Assembly (NCBI GenBank): GCA_964534375.1
Contig: CAZHPN010000081.1
Coordinates: 1-24,932 of the forward strand
Direction: 5' to 3'
From: an uncultured bacterium
GTDB taxonomy: Bacteria > Lernaellota > Lernaellaia > Lernaellales > Lernaellaceae
DNA: 24,932 nucleotides
Shown piece after piece: positions 7,836 through 17,251 of this stretch (its first letter is position 1; every line of letters begins with the position of its first letter). Position numbers and translations under genes: made by a program. The notes beneath the pieces were generated by a model. It saw only the letters and a list, made by a program, of their open reading frames with translations, was not told the DNA's origin and did not search any database.

Positions 7836-10800
7836 TGCAGCGCATCGTCGGTTTTGTCCTGCGGTACCGCGTCGCGGTCGCGGCGCTCGCCGCCTGCCTC
7901 GTCGTCGCCGGGCTCGCCGCGTTTCACGAGTTGCCGATCGAGGCCTACCCGAACCCGGTGCCGCCGCTGGTCGAAGTGATCGCCCAGCCGCCCGGGTGGA
8001 GCGCCGAGGAAACCGAGCGCTACGTCACGATTCCGCTCGAAATCGGTCTCTCGGGGATTCCGGGCCTCGACCACATCCGCTCGCAGTCGCTCTTCGGTCT
8101 GGCGGACGTGAAGTGCTATTTCAAATGGGGCACGGCCTACAAAGACGCGCGCCAGGAAGTCATCAATCGGCTGCAATTCATCACGCTCCCGTCGGGCATT
8201 CAGGGGCAGTTGTCGCCATGGAACGCCATTGGCGAGATCTTTCGCTACCGGCTCGTCGACCGGATTTACGAGGACCAAAAACAGCAACTTGAGAAAGAGA
8301 TTAAAGACCCCGGCGAACTCGAAGCGAAACTCAAACCGCTGAGAGAAACGAGCCTGCTCAAACTCAAAGCGATCGAAGACTGGGTGATGGAGCGCCAGTG
8401 GAAGCAGGTGCCCGGCGTCATCGACGTGACCAGCTACGGCGGGCTTTCGAAGGAGTACCACGTCGAGGTTGACCCCTACCGCCTGAAAGGCCGCGGGGCG
8501 ACGCTGGCGCAGCTCACGACGGCGATCGCCAACGCCAACCAAAACGTCGGCGGCCAGCGGCTCGAGTTGGGCGACCAGTCGTTCACGGTCCGCGGCATCG
8601 GGCTGATCGGCTCGCTCAAGGATATCGGCGATATCGTCGTGCTCGAACAAAAGGGCATCCCGGTGCGCGTCCGCGACGTGGCCGACGTGCGCATCGGCTG
8701 GTCGCCGCGCCTGGGCATCGTGGGCAAGGACGACGACGCGGACATCGTGCAGGGCATCGTGTTGATGCAGTACGGCGCGGAGACGGCGAAAACGCTCGCC
8801 GGCGTCCGGCAACGCCTCAAGCATATCCGCCAATTCGTCCTGCCCCCCGACCAGGGCGTCGAAATCGTGCCGTATTACGACCGCGGCGCCTTGGTGGATA
8901 TCACAACACGCACCGTCATGGAAAACCTCCTCATGGGGATGGGCCTCGTCGTTGTGATATTGATCCTGTTCCTGGGCAACGTGCGCGCCGCGCTGGTGAC
9001 GGCGCTCAACATCCCCCTGGCGCTGCTCGTCGCGTTCTGCGGCATGGTCGTCATGGGCGCCTCGGCGAACCTGATTTCTCTGGGCGCGGTCGATTTCGGC
9101 ATTGTCGTCGACTCGACGGTCATCATGGTGGAGAACATCTTCCGCCATCTCGGCAAGCACGGGACCGGCGGGATTCGCAAGCGCGTCTGGACCGCCGCCG
9201 GCGAAGTCGGACGGCCGATGGCCTATTCCACCGTGATTATCGGCGTCGCATTCCTGCCCTTGTTCATGATGAAAGGCACCTCGGGCGTCATTTTCTCCCC
9301 GATGGCCCACACCTACGCCCTCGCGATCGGCGGCGCGATCATCCTCGCGTTGACGCTGACGCCGGCGGTCGCCACGTGGGTTTTGCCGGCAACGGCTGAA
9401 GAGAAAGAAAGCCGCGTCATGCAGTTTTTGCAGCGCCTGTACGCCCCGCTCTTCGACCGGGCGTTGCGGCATCCGAAGGGCGCGTTGCTGTTGATGCTCG
9501 TGCCGATTCTGCTGTGCGTCGTGCTTTTTCCGTTCCTCGGCGGCGAATTCATGCCCAAGCTCGAAGAGGGAAATTTCTGGATTCGCGCCACCCTGCCAAT
9601 GTCCATTTCGCTGACCGAATCGGCGACGCAGGTGGGCGGGATGCGCAGCATTCTGAAGAGCCACCCGGAAGTGCTGTCGGTCGTCTCGCAACTCGGGCGG
9701 CCCGACGACGGCACCGACGTCGCCGGCTTTAACAACATCGAACTGTTCGCGCCGCTCAAGCCGTTTGGCGAGTGGCCGCGCGGGCTCACCAAGGAGAAGC
9801 TGACGGCGCAATTGGAGAAGGAATTCGAGCGCGGCTTCCCCGGCGTGATTTTCAATTTCTCCCAATACATCTCGGACAATGTCGAGGAAGCCGTCTCCGG
9901 CGTGAAGGGCGAAAACAGCGTCAAGGTTTACGGCCCCGACGTCGCCAAGAACGATTCGGCGGCGGGCGCGATTGTCGACGCTATGGGCAAGGTCCCCGGC
10001 ATCGAAGATCTCGGTCTGTTCCGTTCGATGGGCCAGCCCAGCATCAAGATCGCGCCGGATCGCGTGGCGCTGGAACGCTACGGCCTCAACACGGGCGATG
10101 TCATGGCGGTGGTCGCCGCGACGATCGGCGGCCAGGCCGTGACGCAGGTCTACGAAGGCGAGAAGAGTTTCGCGCTGACGGTCCGCTGGAAGGAGCAATA
10201 TCGCAACGGCGTCGACGCCATCCGGCAAATCGCCGTGGCCTCGCCCGACGGCAGCCAGATTCCGCTGGGGCAACTCGCGTCCGTGACCGAGGAGCCGAGC
10301 CCGTCGGTCATATACCGGGAAGACGGCCAGCGGTATTCGCCGGTGAAATTCTCGGTGCGCGGCCGCGACCTGCAATCCACCATCGCCGCGTCGCAGCGCA
10401 CGATCGCGCAGGCGGTCCGGCTGCCGGCCGACAGCCACCTCGAATGGAGCGGCGAAATCAACGAACTCGAAGAGGCGAGGGGGCGCCTGAGTCTCATCAT
10501 TCCGTTGACGCTCCTCATCATCGCGTTCCTCACGTATAGCGCCGTGAGAAACTGGATCGACACGGTGATCGTCCTGATCGATATCCCGCTGGCCTGCACC
10601 GGTGGCCTGCTGGCGCTGCTCATCACCGGCGAGCCGTTCTCGGTGTCCGCCGCGATGGGTTTCATCTCCATCTTCGGCATCGCCATTCAGAGCGCGATTC
10701 TCGTTGTGACCTATGCGCAACGGCAATGGGCCGAAGGCAAATCCCTGGTCGAAGGCGCACGCGAAGCCGCGAAACAGCGCTTCCGCCCGATTCTGATGAC

Positions 10801-11032
10801 GACCGTGGTGGCGATGCTCGGCTTGCTGCCCGCGGCGCTGTCGCACGGCATCGGCGCGCAGACGCAGCGGCCGCTGGCGATCGTCGTAATCGGCGGCTCG
10901 CTGATCCTCGCCGTTTTGACCCAGGTGCTCCAGCCGCCGCTGCTGGTGCTCGCGCACGGGTGGCTCGACAAGAAAAACGGCGGGGCGACGCCCTCACCGA
11001 CGATTCCGGCGCCCATCGTCCCAGCCGATTGA
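7832..11032 (+). CDS. czcA: CzcA/CusA-family heavy-metal efflux RND transporter
   Basis: 1066 aa; ATGA overlap with the adaptor gene; LPIEAYP, TM4 motif GAVDFGIVVDSTVIMVEN, EFMPKLEEG, RFRPILMT and QRPLAIVVIGG. Confidence 0.93.
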   Translation: MMQRIVGFVLRYRVAVAALAACLVVAGLAAFHELPIEAYPNPVPPLVEVIAQPPGWSAEETERYVTIPLEIGLSGIPGLDHIRSQSLFGLADVKCYFKWGTAYKDARQEVINRLQFITLPSGIQGQLSPWNAIGEIFRYRLVDRIYEDQKQQLEKEIKDPGELEAKLKPLRETSLLKLKAIEDWVMERQWKQVPGVIDVTSYGGLSKEYHVEVDPYRLKGRGATLAQLTTAIANANQNVGGQRLELGDQSFTVRGIGLIGSLKDIGDIVVLEQKGIPVRVRDVADVRIGWSPRLGIVGKDDDADIVQGIVLMQYGAETAKTLAGVRQRLKHIRQFVLPPDQGVEIVPYYDRGALVDITTRTVMENLLMGMGLVVVILILFLGNVRAALVTALNIPLALLVAFCGMVVMGASANLISLGAVDFGIVVDSTVIMVENIFRHLGKHGTGGIRKRVWTAAGEVGRPMAYSTVIIGVAFLPLFMMKGTSGVIFSPMAHTYALAIGGAIILALTLTPAVATWVLPATAEEKESRVMQFLQRLYAPLFDRALRHPKGALLLMLVPILLCVVLFPFLGGEFMPKLEEGNFWIRATLPMSISLTESATQVGGMRSILKSHPEVLSVVSQLGRPDDGTDVAGFNNIELFAPLKPFGEWPRGLTKEKLTAQLEKEFERGFPGVIFNFSQYISDNVEEAVSGVKGENSVKVYGPDVAKNDSAAGAIVDAMGKVPGIEDLGLFRSMGQPSIKIAPDRVALERYGLNTGDVMAVVAATIGGQAVTQVYEGEKSFALTVRWKEQYRNGVDAIRQIAVASPDGSQIPLGQLASVTEEPSPSVIYREDGQRYSPVKFSVRGRDLQSTIAASQRTIAQAVRLPADSHLEWSGEINELEEARGRLSLIIPLTLLIIAFLTYSAVRNWIDTVIVLIDIPLACTGGLLALLITGEPFSVSAAMGFISIFGIAIQSAILVVTYAQRQWAEGKSLVEGAREAAKQRFRPILMTTVVAMLGLLPAALSHGIGAQTQRPLAIVVIGGSLILAVLTQVLQPPLLVLAHGWLDKKNGGATPSPTIPAPIVPAD

Positions 11033-11110
11033 ACTTTCTTCTGTCCTCCGAAATTCACGGCTTCGCCTCCGCGCCGGATGTCCGCCGAGCGCGCCTTGTC
11101 CCGCGCACCA

Positions 11111-11177
11111 GGGGTCCGAAGCGCCGGGGGTCCGAAGCGCCGGGTGTCCGAAGCGCCGGGTGTCCGAAGCGCCGGGT
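11111..11177. repeat. 16-bp tandem repeat, 4 copies (TCCGAAGCGCCGGG(T/G)G)
   Basis: Core TCCGAAGCGCCGGG starts at 11115, 11131, 11147 and 11163. Confidence 0.95.
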
Positions 11178-11232
11178 TGCCCACCCTGTGGCGAGACGGT
11201 ACCATGCCGGCCCTGCTTCACGAGGTTTCCAC

Positions 11233-13038
11233 ATGAAACGCACGACGATTGCGATGGTGTTCCTGGTCCTGATTCTGACGGTCGGCGTCTCCCCCGGACT
11301 GACCACAGGCGCCGATAGCGCCGCCGCCGACCCGTTCGCCGCGTTCCCGAAGACGTCGGACCCCGCGCTGACCTGGCCGTGGGCGACCTGGGCCGTTTAT
11401 TACGACGCCCTCGAGCACGACACGCTCACCGCCGCGAACGTCGGCGACTGGCTGACCCGCTGGACGCGCATCGCCGACATGGAAGGCGAGTGCGAAACGC
11501 GGCTGGCGATACTCAAGTCGGCAAACACCGCCGACGAAGCGGCCGAGAAACGGCACGACGAATTTCTCGAGAAGATCCAAACGCCCTCGGAAGAGCGCAA
11601 CCAGAAGCTGCGCAACAAATTGCTCGCCAGCAAATTGTCGCCCGCCGGCTTCGCGTTGCCGCTGAAAAAGATGCGCGTGCAGGCCGACATCTTTCGCGAG
11701 GCGAATCTGCCGCTGCTCGTCGACGAGCAGAAACTGTCCGACGAATACATGAAAATCCGCGGGGCCCAGACCGTGTCGTGGGACGGCAAGGAAATCACGG
11801 AATCCCAGTTGACCGCGGTCTATCAGAAAACCGACCGCGGCGTCCGCGAAAAGGCCTGGCGCCTCAGCTCCGCCCGGTGGCTGCAGGATCGCGCCGCGAT
11901 CGGCAAGCTGTGGAGCAAGCTGCTGGCGCTGCGGCTGAAGATCGCGGCCAACGCCGGCTTCGCGGACTACCGCAGTTTCCGCTGGCAGGATTTCCAGCGT
12001 TTCGACTACACGCCCGACGAGGTCAAACGCTTCCACGAGGTCATCCGCAAGGTCGTCGTGCCGGCCGCGGTGCGCATTTACGAGCGCCATCGCCGGCAAC
12101 TCGGCATCGACCAGACGCGGCCGTGGGATATCGACGTCGATCCGACCGGCAAGCCGCCGCTGAAGCCGTTCGCGACGGTCGACGAACTCGTCGAAAAAAC
12201 GCAGGCGGTCTTCAACGCGATCGATCCGGAACTGGGCGCGCGCTTCGCGACGATGCGCCGCGAGAAAACGCTCGACCTGGACAACCGCAAGAACAAGGAG
12301 CCGGGCGGCTTTCAGGCCGACCTGCCGGTGCGCGGCCTGCCGTTCATCTTCATGAACGCCATCGGCGTCCACGACGACGTGCAGACGCTGTTTCACGAAT
12401 CGGGCCACTCGTTCCATTTCTTCGAGGCGTCGCGCCTGCCGTGGTTCCAGCAGCGGGCCGTGCCCACCGAATTCGCCGAGGTCGCTTCGATGTCGATGGA
12501 ACTGATGGCGGGCCGGATGTTGGATCGGCAGCCGAACGCGTTCTACAGCCCTGCCGACGCCGCGCGGGCGCGCATTTCGGTGCTCGAAGGCGTGCTGCAG
12601 TTCTGGCCGTATATGTCGGTCGTCGATCTGTTCCAGCACTGGGTGTACGAGCACCCGGACGCTGCCGCGGAGCCGAAGAACTGCGATCGCGAATGGGCGC
12701 GGCTGTGGGACATCTACATGCAGGGCGTCGACTGGAGCGGCCTTGGCGACGCCAAGGAAACCGGCTGGCAGCGCAAGCTGCACATTCACACGATTCCGTT
12801 CTACTACATCGAATACGGCATGGCCGAACTCGGCGCGGTGCAGGTCTTCGGCCGCGCGCTGAAAGACCCGAAACAGGCGCTGGCCGACTACCGCCACGCC
12901 CTGTCCCTCGGCGGCACGGCCACCCTGCCCGAGTTGTTCGCCGCGGCCGGCGGCAAATTCTCGCTCGACGAGAAGACGATGGGCGACGCCGTGGCGCTGC
13001 TGGAAAACACGATCCTCGAGTTGGAACGCCGCAAATGA
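11233..13038 (+). CDS. M3B oligoendopeptidase F-family zinc peptidase with N-terminal signal peptide
   Basis: GAGG RBS then ATG 11233; RKNKEPGGF, TLFHESGHSFH (HExxH), EFAEVASMSME and KLHIHTIPFYYIEYG. Confidence 0.92.
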   Translation: MKRTTIAMVFLVLILTVGVSPGLTTGADSAAADPFAAFPKTSDPALTWPWATWAVYYDALEHDTLTAANVGDWLTRWTRIADMEGECETRLAILKSANTADEAAEKRHDEFLEKIQTPSEERNQKLRNKLLASKLSPAGFALPLKKMRVQADIFREANLPLLVDEQKLSDEYMKIRGAQTVSWDGKEITESQLTAVYQKTDRGVREKAWRLSSARWLQDRAAIGKLWSKLLALRLKIAANAGFADYRSFRWQDFQRFDYTPDEVKRFHEVIRKVVVPAAVRIYERHRRQLGIDQTRPWDIDVDPTGKPPLKPFATVDELVEKTQAVFNAIDPELGARFATMRREKTLDLDNRKNKEPGGFQADLPVRGLPFIFMNAIGVHDDVQTLFHESGHSFHFFEASRLPWFQQRAVPTEFAEVASMSMELMAGRMLDRQPNAFYSPADAARARISVLEGVLQFWPYMSVVDLFQHWVYEHPDAAAEPKNCDREWARLWDIYMQGVDWSGLGDAKETGWQRKLHIHTIPFYYIEYGMAELGAVQVFGRALKDPKQALADYRHALSLGGTATLPELFAAAGGKFSLDEKTMGDAVALLENTILELERRK

Positions 13039-13042
13039 TTCA

Positions 13043-13214
13043 ACCGCGAAGGGTTTCGGCGCGAAGGATTTGTTTGACCGCGAATTCACGCGAATTCACG
13101 GGAATATGAAACAACCGGCAGGAACTCGCAGTTAATAAGAACCCATCGTCGTCGTGCCGTATTCGCGTGCATTCGCGCGAATTCGCGGTTAAAAAATTCC
13201 TCATCCTTCGCGGT
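13043..13214. repeat. Nested inverted repeats (REP/MITE-like)
   Basis: Inner 30-bp arms at 13077-13106 and 13160-13189 (3 mismatches), each built of three CG(C/G)GAAT units. Outer arms ACCGCGAAGGGT (13043) and ATCCTTCGCGGT (13203-13214). Confidence 0.85.
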
Positions 13215-13221
13215 AATTAAA

Positions 13222-13519
13222 CCGAAGTTCCCGGAAGTTTTAAGGCATGGAACCGGGATGTCTCTTTGACAAGGCAGGAGATTTTCCCGCAAGAACCGCG
13301 CCCAATGTACCCATGTATTTGAAATGTTTATCTTGAGTTCATTGGCGATGTGTTCTATTTAGTTGCCATGCACATCGAAGCAGTCCCCAATCGCAATTCC
13401 CCGCCGGCCATCCTGCTGCGCGAAACGTGGCGCGAGGACGGCAAGATCAAAAAACGCACCATCGCCAATCTCACGCATGGGCCGGCCAAGAAGATCGAAG
13501 CCCTGCGCCGGGCGCCTTT
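13222..13519 (+). mobile_element. IS1634-family element, left-end remnant with a 5' fragment of the transposase (ATG 13368)
   Basis: MHIEAVPNRNSPPAILLRETWREDGKIKKRTIANLTHGPAKKIEALRRA matches the N-terminus I recognise for IS1634 transposases; similarity stops after about 49 aa. AT-rich leader. CCGAAGTTCC at 13222 is an inferred left end. Confidence 0.75.
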
Positions 13520-13608
13520 GGTTGCGGCCAACTGCCGCGCTGCGCTACCGACGTTTCGTTTGTTGCGGCGGCGACAAGATTTTCGCGGTTCGGCGTATTC
13601 CTTTCGCC

Positions 13609-14337
13609 CTACTCCATTCGCTTCAACTGGCGCGTCGTGAAGAGGTCGTCCGAGAGGCCCGTGTTGAACGTCGGTTCGATCATTTTCACGACGGTCTTGT
13701 GGCCGGTCTTGACGCTGGCGATCTCGAGCAACATGCAATACCACTGCCCCGTGATCTTCTGGTAATCGCTGCGAACTTCCGTTTTCTCTTTTTCGCCCTT
13801 GGGATTGTAGTATTCGAGGCGGACGATCGCGTTGATCTCGCGGTCCACGTGGATGACGATCTTGGAATATGACGACGCCTTGCCGGCTTTGGGCGTCAGT
13901 TCGAGCGCGAACTCCTTGGGCGTCGTTTCGAGCAGTTTCGGCGCGTACACGTCGTCATAACGCGTGATCGCCATGTCATCCGCGTTGTAATCCGTGCCCA
14001 TGAAGCTCTGGTTGTGCGTGTGCGCGGCGATGCGGCGGACTTTTTGGTCCTCGGGCAGATACACGTAGCTTGTGTCCGGATCGAGCGACATGAACGCCAT
14101 GCCGGTGTCGAAAAAGCGGTACAGCCGCTTTGGGCCTTTCTGCAGCGTGAGGCCGTTGGCGGTTTTTTCCACGCCATCCGCGCCGCGGACGATGATCTTC
14201 AGTTTGGTCTTCAGATCTTTGAATTGCGTGGCCTGGTCGTCCACGCTTTTGAGGATTTCGTCGGCTGTTTGTTCCGCCCACACGGGCGCAACGAAACAAA
14301 AGACCGCGGCCAACACCAGGCAGAGAAAGCGTTTCAT
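13609..14337 (-). CDS. Outer-membrane lipoprotein-sorting (LolA-like) periplasmic protein
   Basis: AAGGAG RBS; signal peptide; YLPEDQKVRRIA...QSFMGTDYNADDM, YSKIVIHVD and FNTGLSDDLFTTRQL. Confidence 0.85.
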   Translation of the reverse strand: MKRFLCLVLAAVFCFVAPVWAEQTADEILKSVDDQATQFKDLKTKLKIIVRGADGVEKTANGLTLQKGPKRLYRFFDTGMAFMSLDPDTSYVYLPEDQKVRRIAAHTHNQSFMGTDYNADDMAITRYDDVYAPKLLETTPKEFALELTPKAGKASSYSKIVIHVDREINAIVRLEYYNPKGEKEKTEVRSDYQKITGQWYCMLLEIASVKTGHKTVVKMIEPTFNTGLSDDLFTTRQLKRME

Positions 14338-14501
14338 GGTCTCTCCTTATCGATCGTTCGCAAATTCCCGTCGGTGAAAAATCGGGCGATTATACTGTCT
14401 CATGTGACACATTCCAAGCCCGGAGAGTTCAAAAATGAAGATCAGCCACAGAAACGCGGTGTTCTTAGCACGACCCTTCGAACCGCAACCAAGCGTTTTT
14501 T

Positions 14502-14768
14502 CAGCCACAGATGTCGCCGATGACCGCAGACTTCGCACGGGCCACGACGTGTTCCGCCCTGTCGAACGCCATTCGCGGCCCCTGCGTCTGCGTCAATCTG
14601 CGCAATCTGCGGCTGCCCGGAAAATCAAAGAGTTTCCTGTTAATATTTGCTCTGTGCCCTCAACCGGGCGCAATAAAACCACGCCGGCCCCACGCCGGTT
14701 CATTCCGCAATCCGCAATCCGCAATCCGAAATTCGGTTGCGGCTTTGCCGCGCTGTGCCTCTGTGGTT
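14502..14768. repeat. Intergenic repeat mosaic (imperfect inverted repeat, 7-bp tandem, 38-bp dispersed element)
   Basis: Imperfect inverted arms at 14502-14531 and 14586-14615; (TCCGCAA)3 TCCGAAA at 14704-14731; 14731-14768 matches 20267-20304 at 37/38 positions. Confidence 0.85.
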
Positions 14769-14804
14769 GACCGCCATAGAACGCGGCGCGAAGCGCCGCC
14801 CACC

Positions 14805-16145
14805 TCAGTTCTTCGCCTTCGCCGTCACGTAGTCCCACTCGGCCAGCGCGCTGCGGAAATCGCCGACGGCGCCGATCAGGTCCGACTTGGATTGCAAATA
14901 CGCGAGTTGCGAATCGAGTTGGTCGAGGGTGGTCGCCGTGCCGATTTCGGCGCGTTTGTTGATGATCGCCAGATCCATCTCCGCCGCGACGACGCCTTTG
15001 CGCCCGGCGACGACGCGCAGGGCCGCGCTATGGAGATTCATCTGGGCGGCGTGCGCCCGTTGCAGGAACGTGCGCTCGAACAGTTCGACGCTCTCCGCCG
15101 TCGCCTGCTGCAACTCGACCGACTGGCCGACGCCGGTGATGGCGCTGCCGCCCTGGAAAAGCGGGATTTCCACGCCGATCCCCATGACCCAACTGGTCAT
15201 GCCGTTCGGCTGGATCTGATCGTTGGTCGTCCAGTTGTAGTTGTACAGAAAATTGATCCGCGGCAGGAAGCGGCCGACGGCGCCGACGGTCTGCTGTTTC
15301 GCCAGATCGTTGTTGGTCTCCATCGCCTTCACCGCCGGGTGGACCTTGATCGGCAACGGCGTCTTCACGCCGGCCAGCGTCGCCTCCTGCACGCGGCCCA
15401 AGTCGCTGTCCGCCACCTGCAAATCGATCGCGGGCAAGGTGTACTCGGCTTCGACCGCGCCGCCAATCAGCGTCGCCAGTTGCATTTTCGCCAACGCCAA
15501 ACTGTTCTCGGCCGCCGCGAGCGCGCCGTCGGCGCTGGCTTCCTGCGCTTCCCACCGCAGCACGTCGCTGGGCGTGGACATGCCGACCGCGAGCCGGCTT
15601 TGGTACATCCGCAACGATTCGTGCGCCAGGTTGAGCGACTCGCGCGCGACGCCGGCCAGCGCGTGGGTTTTGAGCACGTTGTAATACGCTTCCTTGACGT
15701 TCAGCACGACCTGCAACCGCGTGTCTTCGTCGGCCAGACGCGCGCCCATGCGGTTCAGATACGCCGAGTCGATCGCCACCCACTCGCCGATGCCGTTGAA
15801 GATCGGCTGCGTGACGCCGAGGGTTTTCGAGTAACTGTCGCGGTAGACCGGCGCGCTCGTGCCCGGCGCCAACCGGTTGATCAAATTCGCTTCGTCGCGC
15901 GCCGCGGTGTAACTGTTCAAATCGAGGCGGCTCCAGTTTTCGTCGTAGACGACGCGCGGCAGCCACGCGGAAAACGATTTGGCGAAGTTCCAATCCGACG
16001 ACGACGCTTGGTAGTCCGCCTGCTTGACGCTCTGGTTGAGCTGCATCGCCAGGTCGATGGCTTTATCCAGGGTCAGTTCTTCGGCTTGCGCCGCCGCCGC
16101 CAGCAACAACACGGCGGCGACAATCGCCACGAAATGCTTCTTCAT
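14805..16145 (-). CDS. TolC-family outer-membrane protein
   Basis: GAGGAG RBS; signal peptide; LTLDKAIDLAMQLN, VTQPIFNG, VKEAYYNVL, FLPRINF, EIPLFQGG and GTATTLDQLDSQ. Confidence 0.9.
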   Translation of the reverse strand: MKKHFVAIVAAVLLLAAAAQAEELTLDKAIDLAMQLNQSVKQADYQASSSDWNFAKSFSAWLPRVVYDENWSRLDLNSYTAARDEANLINRLAPGTSAPVYRDSYSKTLGVTQPIFNGIGEWVAIDSAYLNRMGARLADEDTRLQVVLNVKEAYYNVLKTHALAGVARESLNLAHESLRMYQSRLAVGMSTPSDVLRWEAQEASADGALAAAENSLALAKMQLATLIGGAVEAEYTLPAIDLQVADSDLGRVQEATLAGVKTPLPIKVHPAVKAMETNNDLAKQQTVGAVGRFLPRINFLYNYNWTTNDQIQPNGMTSWVMGIGVEIPLFQGGSAITGVGQSVELQQATAESVELFERTFLQRAHAAQMNLHSAALRVVAGRKGVVAAEMDLAIINKRAEIGTATTLDQLDSQLAYLQSKSDLIGAVGDFRSALAEWDYVTAKAKN

Positions 16146-16452
16146 GCGTCACTCTCCTCATCGGCGAACGGGAAAATGGCTGGGGCCCTTCTCCGCCGCT
16201 CGCCGGTCTCAATCGTCTGGGTTTTCGGTCTGACAAAAACCGCCATTAAAATAGGCCAAGACGGCGGCGAATCAAGCGGCCCGACACCGCGGCGCTCTTC
16301 GTCAGGAAAGCAGGCCTCCGGTTGTCCGAAAAAAACCGCCGTTCCGACCCGCCGAGGCGCTTTTCCTGTTAACCTTCGGGCGTTATTCTGCATCCAATCA
16401 GCAAATACGTGACAGGCCAGACAGTAGTCGGCCGGGAAAGGAGAAAGCAGCG

Positions 16453-17148
16453 ATGAGGATTCTATCGAAGAAAGTGGTGCTGATGGCGCTGTTCGCGGCC
16501 GCTTATTGCGTCCCCGTGGCCGTGTGGGCCGCTCCGGCGGATACGGCGACGGCTGCCCCCCAATGGAATGGTCAAAACATGGCCGAGCGCGTCAATGCGA
16601 TTGCCGACCGGGTGACTGAAAAACTCGGTTTGTCGGCGGAGCAGCGGTCGTTGTTCGTGGCGATGAAGACCGCCCAGTTCCAATTCCTCGCTTTGAAGCG
16701 GCAGGCCCGCCAGGATGCGGCGGCGAAGATTCAACCCGCCGATTTGTCCGCGGCCCGCACGGCGATGCGCGAAGCGATCAAGGCTTTCCGCGCCTCGTTG
16801 AGCGACACGCAAAAGACGGAATGGAAAGCGATGCGCGCTCAATTCCGTGAATCTCGCCTCGACGCGATCTCGAACCGCGTTTCCGAGAAGCTCAATTTGA
16901 CGCCGGCGCAAAGCGCGCTGTTTGTCGATCTGGTGACCGCGCGGTCCAACTTCCGCAGCATTATGCGCATGTCGCGGCATTCCGCCGATGTGACGCCCGC
17001 CGAAATCACCGCGGCGCGTGAAGCGGTGAAGAACGCCAAACAGGCGTTTGTCGCCTCGTTGAACCCGACGCAAGCGCAGGAATTTGAAGCGCTCCGCGCC
17101 CAGTTCCATATGAATCATCCGGAACTGGCGAAAGAGCCGGCGGCCTAG
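16453..17148 (+). CDS. Periplasmic Spy/CpxP-like helical protein with an internal duplication (LTxxQ-type motifs)
   Basis: Signal peptide ending AVWA; two roughly 87-aa repeats, EKLGLSAEQ...SLSDTQ...MRAQF and EKLNLTPAQ...SLNPTQ...LRAQF. Confidence 0.7.
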   Translation: MRILSKKVVLMALFAAAYCVPVAVWAAPADTATAAPQWNGQNMAERVNAIADRVTEKLGLSAEQRSLFVAMKTAQFQFLALKRQARQDAAAKIQPADLSAARTAMREAIKAFRASLSDTQKTEWKAMRAQFRESRLDAISNRVSEKLNLTPAQSALFVDLVTARSNFRSIMRMSRHSADVTPAEITAAREAVKNAKQAFVASLNPTQAQEFEALRAQFHMNHPELAKEPAA

Positions 17149-17182
17149 CCCGCCCGTTCGTCAGCAAACGCGTCTCGCACGG

Positions 17183-17224
17183 CGCGACGGCCCGGTCGGT
17201 TGACGGGGCCGCCGCGTTTTTTTT
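17183..17224 (+). terminator. Rho-independent terminator
   Basis: Stem CGCGACGGCCCGGTC / GACGGGGCCGCCGCG (2 mismatches), GGTT loop, then T8; starts 35 nt after the stop at 17148. Confidence 0.8.
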
Positions 17225-17251
17225 CGGCCAACGTTTGGCAGCGCGAACAAT

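Noticed and set aside
7382..10957. 1191-aa minus-strand ORF and similar long antisense ORFs (5748-7547, 11218-13089, 14511-16412, 20941-22791, 22882-23979, 24010-24867)
   Set aside because: Shadow frames of well-supported genes on the other strand; expected in high-GC DNA and without recognisable motifs.
7832..11032. Assigning a specific metal substrate (Cu/Ag versus Zn/Co/Cd/Ni)
   Set aside because: The TM4 motif supports the heavy-metal efflux family, but I cannot place specificity residues without an alignment; czc symbols are used only as family labels.
11111..11177. Possible CRISPR array
   Set aside because: 16-bp contiguous units with no unique spacers and no cas genes.
10726..11232. 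N-terminal extension of the peptidase in the ORF track (770 aa)
   Set aside because: It overlaps czcA and reads through the tandem repeat; RBS and signal peptide point to ATG 11233. The track's extensions at 780, 3994, 5505, 19891 and 21647 were trimmed for the same kind of reason.
16146..16452. TGACA-containing words as a CusR/CpxR-type box in the tolC/spy divergent region
   Set aside because: Only isolated half-sites; no convincing palindrome or correctly spaced direct repeat.
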